Assembly (NCBI RefSeq): GCF_006345805.1
Contig: NC_043003.1
Coordinates: 71,672,001 to 71,736,000, forward strand
Direction of reading: 5' to 3'
From: Octopus sinensis
Taxonomy: Eukaryota
Length of the DNA stretch: 64,000 nt
Shown one piece after another: positions 39,467-51,832 of the stretch. The notes below the pieces were generated by a model. That model did not search any database. It was not told the origin of the DNA and saw only the letters and a program-made list of their open reading frames with translations. The stretch's first letter is position 1. Each line of letters begins with the position of its first letter. The translations under genes were made by a program, and so were the position numbers.

Positions 39467-40993
39467 GAAAAAGAGTGAGAAGCTTGACGCGATTGAGTAC
39501 CATAAATGCGGATTTATGAGAGAGAGTTAGTTTAGATGAGATGCAGTTTGGGTTTGTGCCAGGGAAAAGTACCACTGATGCTATATTCCTGGTAAGGCAG
39601 CTGTAGGAGAAATACCTAGCCAAAGATAAGCCCCTGTACCTGGCTTTTGTTGATATGGAGAAAGCCTTCGACAGGGTCCCCCAATCCCTTATCTGGTGGT
39701 CAATGAGGAAACTAGGGATAGATGAATGGTTAGTGAGAGCTGTGCGAGCTATGTACAGGGACGCTGCTAGTAAGGTGAGGGTTGGCAACGAATACAATGA
39801 GGAATTCCGGGTAGAGGTAGGGGTCCACCAAGGCTCAGTCCTCAGCCCCCTCCTATTTATCATAGTCCTCCAGGCAATAACGCAGGAATTCAAGACAGGA
39901 TGCCCCTGGGAGCTCCTCTATGCTGATGACCTTGCTCTAATTGCTGAGTCACTATTAGAACTGGAGGAGAAGTTTCAGGTGTAGAAGCAAGGATTAGAAT
40001 GGAAGGGCCTTAGAGTCAAAACCAAAGTCCTAATAAGTAGGAAGGTAGACAAATCACAAACGCTTTCAGGTAGATGGCCCTGCTCAATCTGTAGAAAAGG
40101 TGCAGGTAGAAACTCTATAAGATGCACCAAGTGTAAGCTATGGACACATAAGAGGTGCAGCAATGTCAAGGGAAGGCTAACTAGGAAGATAGTTTTTGTA
40201 TGTGGCAGATGCTCAGGAGCAATAAACACTGAAAATGCTCCGAGACCAACTTCTGCCACATTCCAGGGAGAAAAACTAGAAATAGTTGATAGCTTCTGTT
40301 ACCTAAGTGACCAAGTCAGTAGCGGCGGCGGGTGTGCTGAAAGTGTAACTACTAGAGTAAGAATAGCTTGGGCATAGTTCAGAGAGCTCTTACCTCTGCT
40401 GGTGACAAAAGGCCTCTCGCTCAGAGTAAAAAGCAGACTGTATGACGTGTGTGTACGAACAGCCATGCTACATGGCAATGAAACATGGGCCGTGACTGCT
40501 GAGGATATGCGTAAGCTCACAAGAAATGAAGCCAGTATGCTCTGATGGATGTGTAATGTCAGTGTTCATACTCGACAGTTCATACATTGAGAGAAAAGCT
40601 GGACCTAAGAAGCATCAGTTGTGGTGTGCAAGAGAGACGTTTGCACTGGTATGGTCATGTGGCGAGAAGGGATGAAGATACTTGTGTGAAAAAGTGCCAC
40701 ACCCTAGCGGTTGAGGGAACCTGTGGAAGAGGCAGACCCAGGAAAACCTGGGATGAGGTGGTGAAGCCGTTTACCAGACTCGTCTGGCACCTGTGCCGGT
40801 GGCACGTAAAAAGCACCCACTACACTCACGGAGTGGTTGGCGTTAGGAAGGGCATCCAGCCATAGAAACATTGTCAGATCAGATTGGGCCTGGTGCAGCC
40901 TTCTGGCTTCCCAGACCCCAGTTGAATCGTCCAACCCATGTTAGGATGGAAAGTGGACGCTAAACGATGATGATGATGATGATGGTGATGATG
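39467..40993 (+). mobile_element. RTE-clade LINE, 5'-truncated (RT, PHD-like finger, 3'UTR, (GAT)n)
   Basis: QFGFVPGKSTTDAIF, DMEKAFDRVP, GVHQGSVLSP, YADD and CSICRKG..CTKCKLWTHKRC motifs with several stops; deletion near 40766. Confidence 0.95.
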
Positions 40994-41506
40994 ACAAGGT
41001 TTCACAAAACCTCACAGTAACCTGTCTCTGACCACTTCAAGTTCAACAATACAATGTTTCAAAATCTACATATGCAAACTGAAATTTTCCTTTAAGTTAC
41101 GTTCTAAATACCAATAAATACCATAAAGTTACTTATCTCATCATTTCTCCAAACTTTTAACTATTTTAAAAATTACTTAGGTTTTTAGTAGAAATATAGC
41201 TGTATGTTATAGTTTTACTGAAATATGGTCCCGGCCATGTATATTCTTGGATCAGTGAATAATTGATTAAATTTGACCTCTCCATCAGGCTATCTAGAAT
41301 AATGATAATAACTGTGTCTAATTTAGGCACACAAAACCAGTTAATTTTGTTTAGTTGATTACATCGACACCAATACCTGAATGATAGGATGAAGGACAAA
41401 GTTTAACTTGAATAGGATTTGAACTTAGACTGTAAAGTGAGAATGAATATTGCAAGATATTTTGTTTTCCAACAACAATTATGCCCTAATAATAATAAAT
41501 TCTCAC

Positions 41507-41545
<39 letters not shown>

Positions 41546-42591
41546 GTTCCAAAGTGCTGGGGAGAAGTTAAAGATGATTAAATCGAATCCAGCATTTGAT
41601 TTTGTTAATGATCGGTAAAGTTAACCTTGGTTAGACTTCAATTCCAAAATCTATATAGGTTTTGGAATTGAAAACAGCACAAGTCTAGTGTAAGGGAGAT
41701 AACTCAGTCTTAGAAAATGACTAACCCAGCCATGTATGAACAAGTGTGAGATTCAATGATGTCACAAGATCGTCCCATCCATCTCCCTGCTTTTCTGGGG
41801 GCTGCAGGTTTTTTTTTTTTTTTGCAACTAGGAGTCTTTGGGGATAAAGATACCTATATTAGCTTTGTTTCATTTATATACTCATGCTATGTTTAAGGCT
41901 TTGTTGTTTTTATGTGGGGGTAATATTATTCATTGTTATTGTGGTGCTTAGGATATTCGAGATATTAAAGGAGTTAGGTATAATTTACCCACTAAAAATT
42001 CGGGTGTTGTCTATGCTTAGCAAGGGAAATTTCATTTTGTTTTAACTTCCATCAACAGGTAAATGTTTGACAGAATTAGTGAAGTCTCATCTCTATATTC
42101 TGAGTTCAAATTCCAACTTAGTTCAATTTCGATGAGTGGGAGAGGAATGATAACTAGCAGCACAGAGAAGGCGATGATATAATATATAGTAACAGGTGCA
42201 ATTCTCATTGAATTAAAGCAGCAGAATAATCCAGGAGATAAAAAAAAACTGATGAAATAGGGGAGTAGCAAATGAAGATTTCACAGGGACATATTGGGTG
42301 AAGGACCCAATTGTGTGTTTATGGATTATATTTCCAGATCTCAGTTTCGTAGGTCGGTGAGTCTTCTCAAGCACTGCACATCACCAATCCACCTGCTCCT
42401 TTTTGTCATCTTTTCCATGAAGCTCAGCATCCTGATTACTACTTCATCCTCTGTATTCCTAGATCTCTCTCTTCCATTCCACACATTCCCAGTCACTGCA
42501 TGCAATCAGTATTTCTTTAGGTATCTGCCCTCATTCAATACATAACACATACCCATACCAGCATCTATTTGGGTGTGTGCATATATATACA

Positions 42592-42800
42592 GGGGTTGCT
42601 GTGTGGTAAGTAGCTTGCTTACCAACCACATGGTTCCAGGTTCAGTCCCACCACATGGCACTTTGGGAAAATGTCTTCTACTGTAGCCTCGAGCTGAACA
42701 AAGCATTGTGAGTGAATTTGGTAGGTGGAAACTGAAAGAAGCCCGTTGCATATATATATATATATGTATTTGTATGTCTGTGTATATGTTTGCATGTTCC
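42592..42800 (+). mobile_element. SINE family A, 5' half
   Basis: GCTGTGTGGTAAGTAGCTTGCTTACCAACCACATGG head through GAAACTGAAAGAAGCCC. Confidence 0.85.
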
Positions 42801-42995
42801 CCAACAATAATGCATATATACATGTACACACAGATACATATATATATATACAGATGCACACATATATATATACACACACACATATATATATGTACACACA
42901 CAAATATGTACACACACACATACATATATATACACATACACATATATATATATATATACACACATGCGTATATATATATATATATTCACACACAC

Positions 42996-43033
<38 letters not shown>

Positions 43034-43157
43034 ATATATAGATATATATATATATATAATACAAAATGAGAAAATGGAGAAATATATCTAAATCAATCAT
43101 CAACTATCAGATAATACCGAATCATATACTTTATTAAAACACTACACAATAGCAATA

Positions 43158-43757
43158 TCTATATATATATATACACACACACATACATATATATACACAC
43201 ATATATATATACACACACAAACATATATATACACACATACATGCATATATATATATATATATATGTACATACACAAACATATATACAAACATATATATAT
43301 ACACACACACACACACATATATATACATATACACATATATATATACACACATATATATATATACACACACACACATATATATATACAGACACACACACAC
43401 ATATATATATACAGACACACACATATATATATATATATATACACACACACATATATATATATATACACACACACACATATATATATACACACACACATAT
43501 ATACACACACACACACACACATATATACACACACACACATATATATATATACACACACACATATATATATACACACACACACAATATATATATACACACA
43601 CACATATATATATACACACACACATATACACACACACACACATATATATACACACACACACACATATATATATACATACACACACACATATATATATACA
43701 CACACACACACATATATACATATATATACACACACACACACATATATACATATATAT

Positions 43758-43788
<31 letters not shown>

Positions 43789-43905
43789 CACACACACACA
43801 TATATATACACACACACACACATATATATACACACACACACACATATATATATATACACACACACACACATATATATATATACACACATATATAAATATA
43901 CACAC

Positions 43906-43936
<31 letters not shown>

Positions 43937-44169
43937 TATATATACACACATATATATATATATATATACACACATATATATATATACACACATATATATA
44001 TATACACACATATATATACACACACACATATATATATATACACACACACATATATATATATACACACACACATATATATATATACACACACACATATATA
44101 TATATACACACACACATATATATATATATACACACAAACATATATATATACACACACACATATATATAT

Positions 44170-44213
<44 letters not shown>

Positions 44214-44228
44214 TCATACATACACACA
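43158..44228. repeat. ~1.1-kb compound (TA)n(CA)m microsatellite
   Basis: Almost uninterrupted alternating TA/CA dinucleotides; related tracts at 42810-43060 and 44566-44835. Confidence 0.97.
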
Positions 44229-44566
44229 TGCTGAGATCCCCTTCAGTCATGACTGACCATGGGATTGCACCTAGAAAGTTACCCGCCCAGGCACAAGTCC
44301 AGGCAAGGTTGTTTGTGGAAGACCAGCAGTCGCCCATGCATACCAGCCTCCCCTCTCCATGCCACCAATTTTATCCAAGGGAATGGCAAGGGCCAATACA
44401 TCTTGGCACCAGTGATGTTGTAACTCATTTCTACAGCTGAGTGAACTGGAGCAACGTGAAATAAAGTGTCCTACTCAAGAACACAACACAAAGCCGAATC
44501 TGTGATTCGAACTCACAACTTCACAATCGTAAGCTTGACGCTCTAATGACTGAGCCATGCGCCTTC
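44229..44566 (-). mobile_element. tRNA-derived SINE (family C) with CORE/V-like central segment
   Basis: Minus strand GGCGCATGGCTCAGTC (A-box), GAGTTCGAATC (B-box), then GTTCTTGAGTAGGACACTTTATTTCAC..CACTCAGCTGTAGAAATGAGT. Confidence 0.75.
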
Positions 44567-44760
44567 ACATACACACATATATACATACACATACACATAT
44601 ATACACATACACATATATATATATAAATATATACACATACATATATACACATACATATACACATATATACACATACATACATATATACAAATATATATTT
44701 AGACACACACACACATATATATATATATATAAATATATACACATACATATACACGTATAT

Positions 44761-44805
<45 letters not shown>

Positions 44806-44834
44806 TAGATAGATAGATATATATATACACATAC

Positions 44835-46596
44835 ATCATCATCGTTTAATGTCCGCTTTCCATGCTGGCATGGGTTGGACAGTTTGACTGGGGACTGGTG
44901 AGCTAGACGGCTGCACCAGCAGCCAATGTGATCTGGCAATATTTCTACAGCTTGATGCCCTTCCTAATGCCAACCACTCCAAGAGTGTAGTGGGTGCTTT
45001 TATGTGCCACCGGCATGAGGGCCAGCTAGGCGGTACTGGCAATGGCCATGCTCAAATGGTGCTTTTACATGTCATCTGCACAGGAGCCAGTAAGGCGATG
45101 CTGGTAATGATAACGCTCAAATAGTGCATTTTAAGTGCCACCGGCACGGGGGCCGGTCAGCAGCCCTGGCAATGATCATGCTCGGATGGTGCTCTTAGCA
45201 TTCCACTAGCATGGATGCCAGTCATGTGGTGCTCTCATCGAATTTGATTTTGATTTCACTTGCCTAAACAGGTCTTCGCAGGTAGAGTTTAGTGTCCAAT
45301 GAAAGAAAGGTATGCCTAAGTGGGCTGGTTATACCACTGGCATAGGCCATGGGTTATGGTCTCACTTGGCTTGCTGGGTCTTCTCAAGTACAGCATATTT
45401 CTAAAGGTTTTGGTCACTAGTTTTGCGTTGGCGAGGATTATGTTCTAAGGTCGTGCTTCACCACCTCATCCCAGGTCTTCCTGGGTCTACCTCTTCCACG
45501 GTTCCCTCAACCGCTAAGGTGTAACACTTTTTCACACAGCTATCCTCATACATCTGCACCACATGACCATACTAGTGTAGTCGTCTCTTGCACACCACAT
45601 CTGTTGCTTCTTAGGTCCAACTTTACTCTCAAGACACTTACACTCTGTCAAGTATGCACACTGATATTACACATCCAGCGGAGCATATTGGCTTCGTTCT
45701 TTACAAGCTTACACATGTCCTCAGCAATCACAGCACATGTTTCACTGCCATCTAGCATGGCTGTTCATACACATGCGTCATACAGTCTACCTTTTACTCT
45801 GACTGAGAGGCCCTTTGTTACCAGCAGAGGAAGGAGCTCTCTGAACTTTGCCTAGGCTATTCTTATTCTAGCAATTACACTTTCTGAGCACCCCCACCCC
45901 CCGCTGCTGACTTGGTCACTTAGGTAACGGAAGCTATCAACTACTTCTAGTTTTTCTCCCTGGAATGTGGCAGCAGATGTTCTCTGCACATTTTCAGTGT
46001 TTATTGCTCCTGAGCATCTGCCACATACAAAAACTATCTTCCTAGTCAGCCTTCCTTTGATATTGCTGCACCTCTTATGTGTTCATAGTTTACACTGGGT
46101 ACATCTTATAGAGTTTCTACACACGCCTTTTCTAAAGATCGAGCAGGGCCATCTACCTGAAGGGGTTTGTTGTTTGTCTGCCTTCCTACTTATTAGGACT
46201 TTCGTTCTAGCTAGGTTGACTCTAAGGCCCTTCGATTCTAATCCTTGCTTCCACACCTAAAACTTCTCTTGTTCTGATAGTGACTCAGCAATTAGAGCAA
46301 GGTCATCAGCATAGAGGAGCTCCCAGGGGCATCCTGTCTTGAATTCCTACGTTATTGTCTGAAGGACTATGATAAATAGGAGGGGGCTGAGGACTGAACC
46401 TTGGTGGACCCCTACTTCTACCCTGAATTCTTCAGTGTACTCATTGCCAACCTTCACCTTACTGACAGCGTCCCTGTACATGGCTCGCACAGCTCTCACT
46501 AACCATTCATCTATCCCTAGTTTCCTCATTGACCAACAGATAAGGGATCAGGGGACCCTGCAAAGGCTTTCTCCATGTCAACAAAAGCCAGGTACA
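44835..46596 (-). mobile_element. RTE-clade LINE, 5'-truncated, same family as 39467-40993 but inverted
   Basis: MRKLGIDEWLVRAVRAMYRDA, GVHQGSVLSP and YADD nearly identical to the plus-strand copy; longer 3'UTR; (GAT)n tail. Confidence 0.95.
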
Positions 46597-46854
46597 TAAA
46601 TATATATATATACACATACATATATATATACACATATATATTTTTACGTATATACATATATCTGAGTGAAAACTTGGGTATAAGAGAAATCAGATGTAGC
46701 ATGCAAGAGAGATTATAATAGTTTGGATATGTGATGCATATGAAGACAGCAGTATAAAGTGGCGATTGTTTAAAGCCGATGGCACCTATGTGAGAGGATG
46801 ACACAAGAAGGCATGAAATGAAATAGTGAGAGCCAAACTCAAGATGTTGAGCCT

Positions 46855-47379
46855 CATAGAGGAGACGACGTGCAACCAAATGCATACCCTCCATCAGACA
46901 CCTACCATACTCTGAGCACTTTGTTTCCTTGGGCATGGATTCACTGAAGCTCCGGCGTCTGGCGATGGACTTGGTAAACACCCACAAAGTTATCAACCAC
47001 CTCACCAACAACACTGAACACCTTTTTGATCTCCATGTGTCCAACACACGTGGACATGCCTACAAAGTCAGAAAACAGCACAGCTCCCATGACTTTCGGA
47101 AACATTTTTTCGCGCTCAGAGTTGCTGAAGCATGGAACAAACTGCCTGTGTCAGTTGTTGACTGCCATGACACTGCATCCTTTAAAGCCCTCATGCTTTC
47201 CGAAATCCGCCGAAACTACACCTGATTGTCCCCCTTCCATACTCATATGTGTATGTCATGACTCATGCACTGTTCTTTTCCTGACGCTTGTACATTACCC
47301 TATGTACTATACATACACTTTAGATGAGTTGTAGTGCACCTGAGCACTGTACACAAAGTTTTATTATTATTATTATTAT
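46855..47379 (+). mobile_element. CR1-clade LINE 3' end
   Basis: LKLRRLAMDL..TRGHAYKV..RKHFFALRVAEAWNKLP..FK is the canonical CR1 C-terminus; (ATT)n tail. Confidence 0.9.
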
Positions 47380-47479
47380 CAGGTGATATGAGGTTCTTGA
47401 GAAGACCTGCCTACCTCAGTGAAAATGAATTCTGGAAGTGTTGAGTTTTCCACCCACATCTAATATTAATATTGAAATG

Positions 47480-47655
47480 CTTGGCAGCATTTCATCCGTC
47501 TTTACATTCTAAGTTCAAATTCTGCTGGGGTTGACTTTGCCCTACATCCTTATGGGGTCAATAAAGTAAGTACCAGTTGAGCACTGTGGTCAATGTAACC
47601 AACTTGCCTGTCCCCACCGAACTTACTGGTCTTTTACCAAAATTTGAAACCAACT
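47480..47655 (+). mobile_element. SINE family B copy with CCAAAATTTGAAACC tail
   Basis: Body shared with the 38979 copy; tail shared with the 48978-49155 copy. Confidence 0.75.
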
Positions 47656-48019
47656 TTATATTAATATATTAATAATTCACAAACCCCAACCCAGTGAACC
47701 TAACTACATCTCTTCTTCATGCACTATGCTTGTCTCCCTCTTCCAGTTCTGAAGCCTGTCATTCTGTCATCTTTCTCTCTCTCTCTCTCCTGTCCTCCCC
47801 CTGTCATTCATATCATTGCCAACCTGTTGCTTCACCTATATATCTGTGTTTCACCACTCACTGCATTCCCTTTTCCCTTTCCTCCCCACCCTTTGCACTA
47901 TCGTGACCACCCTGTTGACGTACACTGTCTAACCCTACCTCTCCATTTACCTTCACTGCCTTGTACTTTGAGGGTACACCCGCCACCATCTCTGTCTGTC
48001 TGTCCGGCCAGGGTAACCA

Positions 48020-48075
48020 TGTTTCTATGGTGGCGTTTGCCTTGCTGTAGCAAGACAAACGCCACCATAGAAACA
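48020..48075. repeat. 56-bp near-perfect palindrome
   Basis: TGTTTCTATGGTGGCGTTTGCCTTGCT-GT-AGCAAGACAAACGCCACCATAGAAACA, one arm mismatch. Confidence 0.95.
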
Positions 48076-48817
48076 CTCCCGTCTACCAATATGGTATTCA
48101 GCACGTTCTCTCATGTAAGTGTGTAGGTCAGCCAGTAGACTCATTCAGCTTAATAATGTCAACATTGAAATAGTTTCCTATCGGTAACCTGACAAAACTG
48201 CATTCAATGTAGAATGATTTGCAAGTCCTTGCAGGCCTTAAGAGCCATATGACACATCAGCAGCAATAACGAAACCAAATGTTAAGATTTTCTTAGAATG
48301 AAATGAGTTTAAGAAGTAGTCTAAGTTAACCACAAGTCGACTTCCACCATACACACACACACGTGTTGTAGACATCACCCCTTTTACAAGAGACATACAC
48401 TCAGATATACATATGATAAGTGCAATTTTAATATGTAAGGACTCTCAGACAGAAATAGGAGGTTGTGATGTTAATGCTACTCCCAGTGACATTAGCAAAA
48501 ACAGGAACGGGAAACAGAAAATTTAACAGTAAAATAACAACGAATTAATGCAAATAATTATAATAAGTTTATTATATGTGGTGCCGAAGCAACTACTACT
48601 ACTACTAACAACAAAGGTAATCTTACAATTACACACGTCTTGTGTGAGCGTGGCGGACTGTCAGAATAGCTGTCACTACTCCATGGAAAAGAGCAAGATG
48701 CTGGGTGGTTCTTTCCTTTTACAACAGAATTTTAGTGCCCCAATTCCGTACCCTTTTCCAGTAATTTTTTTACTATCACCTTGTCTTACAAGACGGATGT
48801 AATAGAATAAAAAATTA

Positions 48818-48888
<71 letters not shown>

Positions 48889-49410
48889 CCTAAGTATTTA
48901 AACACAAATATTAAAAAAATATAGCGAAGATATGCCAAAATATTTATTATTGTTGTTATTTTTATTATTAATTCATGAAGCGGCGGGGAAATGCCTGGCG
49001 GTATTTATTTTGGCTCTTTACATTCTAAATTCAAATCCCCACTGAGGACAAAATTGCTTCACTTCTTTTCGACGTCGATAAAATATAGTTGATGTAATCG
49101 ATTGACCCCCTCCCTCTCAGAAACTGCAGGCCTTGTGCCAAAATTAGAAACAAGTATTAATTGTGTTAGTTTTATCTTCAACTAATCCTATTTTATATTT
49201 GCAATTATAAGTGCAAGACAACTGAATTCATCAGCCAAAAATATATGAAACACTAAAATATTTGTTATTACCGAAGAATAGAACAGAAATGATTTTGAAT
49301 GAATGAAATAACGAACAGACACATTAAAAGAATACTGAAAATTAAAAGAGAATAGATACAATGAAATAAAATGTGAAAGCAGGACAAAATAAACACTGTA
49401 AATGTCTCAC

Positions 49411-49468
49411 CGGAGGGTATTGTTAATCCCGTAGGCCTGGTACCTTTTCCAATGCTACTCGATTCCAT
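49411..49468 (-). CDS. candidate first coding exon of an unidentified host gene (MESSSIGKGTRPTGLTIPS, phase-1 intron)
   Basis: ACTATGG start about 60 bp downstream of the promoter motifs, GC-richer than its flanks, ending CCG/GTGAGA and followed by T-rich intron-like sequence. Confidence 0.5.
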
Positions 49469-49499
49469 AGTAATTAATTAATAACAGTTATCGCACAAT

Positions 49500-49610
49500 T
49501 ACTCACTTTGTTTTGATTTAGTCGGAAGTGAAAGTCTGCTGCGCGCAATGCACCACGGGAAGTTTCTGAAGGTTTTCGTCATAAACCGTCTGCGTGTTAC
49601 GGAATTGAAA
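49500..49610 (-). promoter_or_regulatory. housekeeping-type core promoter
   Basis: CGGAAGTG (ETS), TGCGCGCA (NRF1-like) and, on the minus strand, CTTCCCGTGGTGCATTGCG (ZNF143/Staf-like), clustered within ~45 bp of non-repetitive, CpG-retaining DNA. Confidence 0.65.
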
Positions 49611-50056
49611 ACTTCATAGGTTTATAAGAGAAAGATTTTTGAAAATTAAACAAAATTTAATCGAAGTGGTGGAAAACGAACCTTAATAGTTTATTTTACA
49701 CAGGCACACATATATATGAAATATTCGTGATATTTCTGTGTGGTGATGTTCATTCCTTTTCACTACAATTTACCATTAGAACATCGGACAAAATTCCTAG
49801 CAGTTTTCAGTTACGTCCCTTGTGTTCTGAGTTCAAATCCTGCTGAGGTCAACATCATTCATACTACTGGAGTCAATAATATAAAGTAACAATTGAGTGT
49901 TTGTCTTGTAAAATTTCCTATATTCTAAAGGTGAATGAACTTTTAATAGAAGGACTGGATGAACCGAATGTGAATTTTATTGCTTAACGAAGTTTATTGT
50001 TGTCTACTATCAACTGACGTGGGAATTCACCGAAACTAAATTTTTATAGCAAATAT

Positions 50057-50430
50057 TCTTTTTTCTGTTTCAGTCAGTTGACTGCGGCCATGCTGGAGCA
50101 CCGCCTTTAGTCGAGCAAATCGAACCCAAGACTTATTCTTTGTAAGTCTAGTACTTATTCTATCGGGCTTTTTTGCCGAACCGCTAAGTTACGGGTACTA
50201 AGCACACCAGCATCGGCTATCAGGCGATGTTAGGGGCATAAACACAGGTACACACACACACACACGTGCGCGACGGGCTTCTTTCAATTTCCGTCTACTA
50301 AATCGACTCACAAGGCTTTGGTTGGCCCGAGGCTATAGTAGAAGACACTTGCCCAAGGTGCCAGGCAGTGAGACTGAATCCGGAACCATGTGGTTGGTAA
50401 GCAAGCTACTTACTACACAGCCACTTCTGC
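50057..50430 (-). mobile_element. SINE family A, CpG-intact copy
   Basis: Full collinear homology to the 21788 copy. Confidence 0.92.
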
Positions 50431-50559
50431 GAATTATTTTTCAAACAATTGGGTGAAGAATTGAGTACAAACTATAAATAATGAGTAGTAAATTGAATAT
50501 CTGCTGAGCCATTAATACACTAGATGCTTATTTATTAAGAACATACATACATACATACA

Positions 50560-50590
<31 letters not shown>

Positions 50591-50711
50591 GTACGTACGT
50601 ACATACATACATACATGCATACATACATGCATACATGCATACATGCATACATACATACATACATACATGCATACATACATACATACATACATACATACTA
50701 ATCTCTATATA

Positions 50712-51077
50712 TCTATATATATAAAACTGAGAATGTGTGTCTGTCTGTCTATCTGTGTGAATCCCTAAAACTTGAGAACTACACAACCAATTTCATTCAA
50801 ATTTTACACATGCCTTACTTAGGGTCCAGGGAGTATCATGGGCAAATTTTTAAAAACTTTTTGCCTATGGCGACCCCACAGAAATATCATATCTTCTCCA
50901 CTATTTCAGTATTACGTGTTAAAAGTGAAACAAAAACATCTCTCTATTGTAATGTCAGATACTTTCACTTTAATACTGAAACTATTAAAGTCAAATATAA
51001 GAGGGATGAACCATTAACAGTGGACATCCATTTTGCTAGAAGAAGATACGCTATGGTCTTGTATGCTACACCACTGG
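50712..51077 (+). mobile_element. short non-autonomous Helitron-like element
   Basis: 5' TCTATATATATAAAA, internal (GTCT)n, and a CTGG-T 3' end. Confidence 0.55.
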
Positions 51078-51278
51078 TTTTCAATTCATATTAATCAAAT
51101 TAATATTCAATTTCTCAACCTTATTATTTTAAATTTAATTTTCAACCCAGGACCATGTGTTTTGGAACGAAGTTTGTTACCACACAGCCACATCTGTACC
51201 TATATATGTGTGTATAGCTGTATATGTATACATTTATTTCTATACATATAGATGTATATGTATACATGTATATGTGTA

Positions 51279-51323
<45 letters not shown>

Positions 51324-51440
51324 GCGGGGAGAGTATGAGAGAGATAGATAGATGTACATGTAATATGTACACATATATATTCACATATATACATGCATAC
51401 ATATATACACACATACACACACACATACACACACAAACAC

Positions 51441-51770
51441 AGGTGCAGGTGTGGCTGTGTGGTAACAAACTTCATTCCAAAACACATGGTCCTCAGTTCA
51501 GTCCCACTCTGTGGTAACTTGGCATGTGTCTTCTGCTATAGCCTCAGACCAACCAAAGCCTTGTCAGTGGACAGAAACTGAAAGAAATCAATCGTATATA
51601 TATATGTATGTATATATGTAAGTCTGTGAGTGTGTTTTTGTGTTTCTCCCTCATCACTGCCTCGCAACTGCTGGTCGTTTATTTACATCCCCATAACTTA
51701 CTGGTTTCACAAGAAGAAACTGATAGAATAAGTACCAGGCTTATCAAAATAACAAAAAACCACTAGGCAG
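51441..51770 (+). mobile_element. SINE family A, diverged copy
   Basis: Head through GATAGAATAAGTACCAGGCTT. Confidence 0.8.
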
Positions 51771-51832
51771 TATCTCATATTTTTGTTTGCCCACACAATT
51801 TATCTTTGTGTGTGTGTGTGTGTGTGTACATA

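Noticed and set aside
39363-39893. 176-aa minus-strand ORF and similar ORFs at 45604-46599 and 52538-54337
   Set aside because: Antisense or alternate-frame shadows of RTE reverse transcriptase sequence
42506-44939. Many 100-400 aa ORFs rich in Y/I/C/V or H/T
   Set aside because: Translations of (TA)n(CA)m microsatellites
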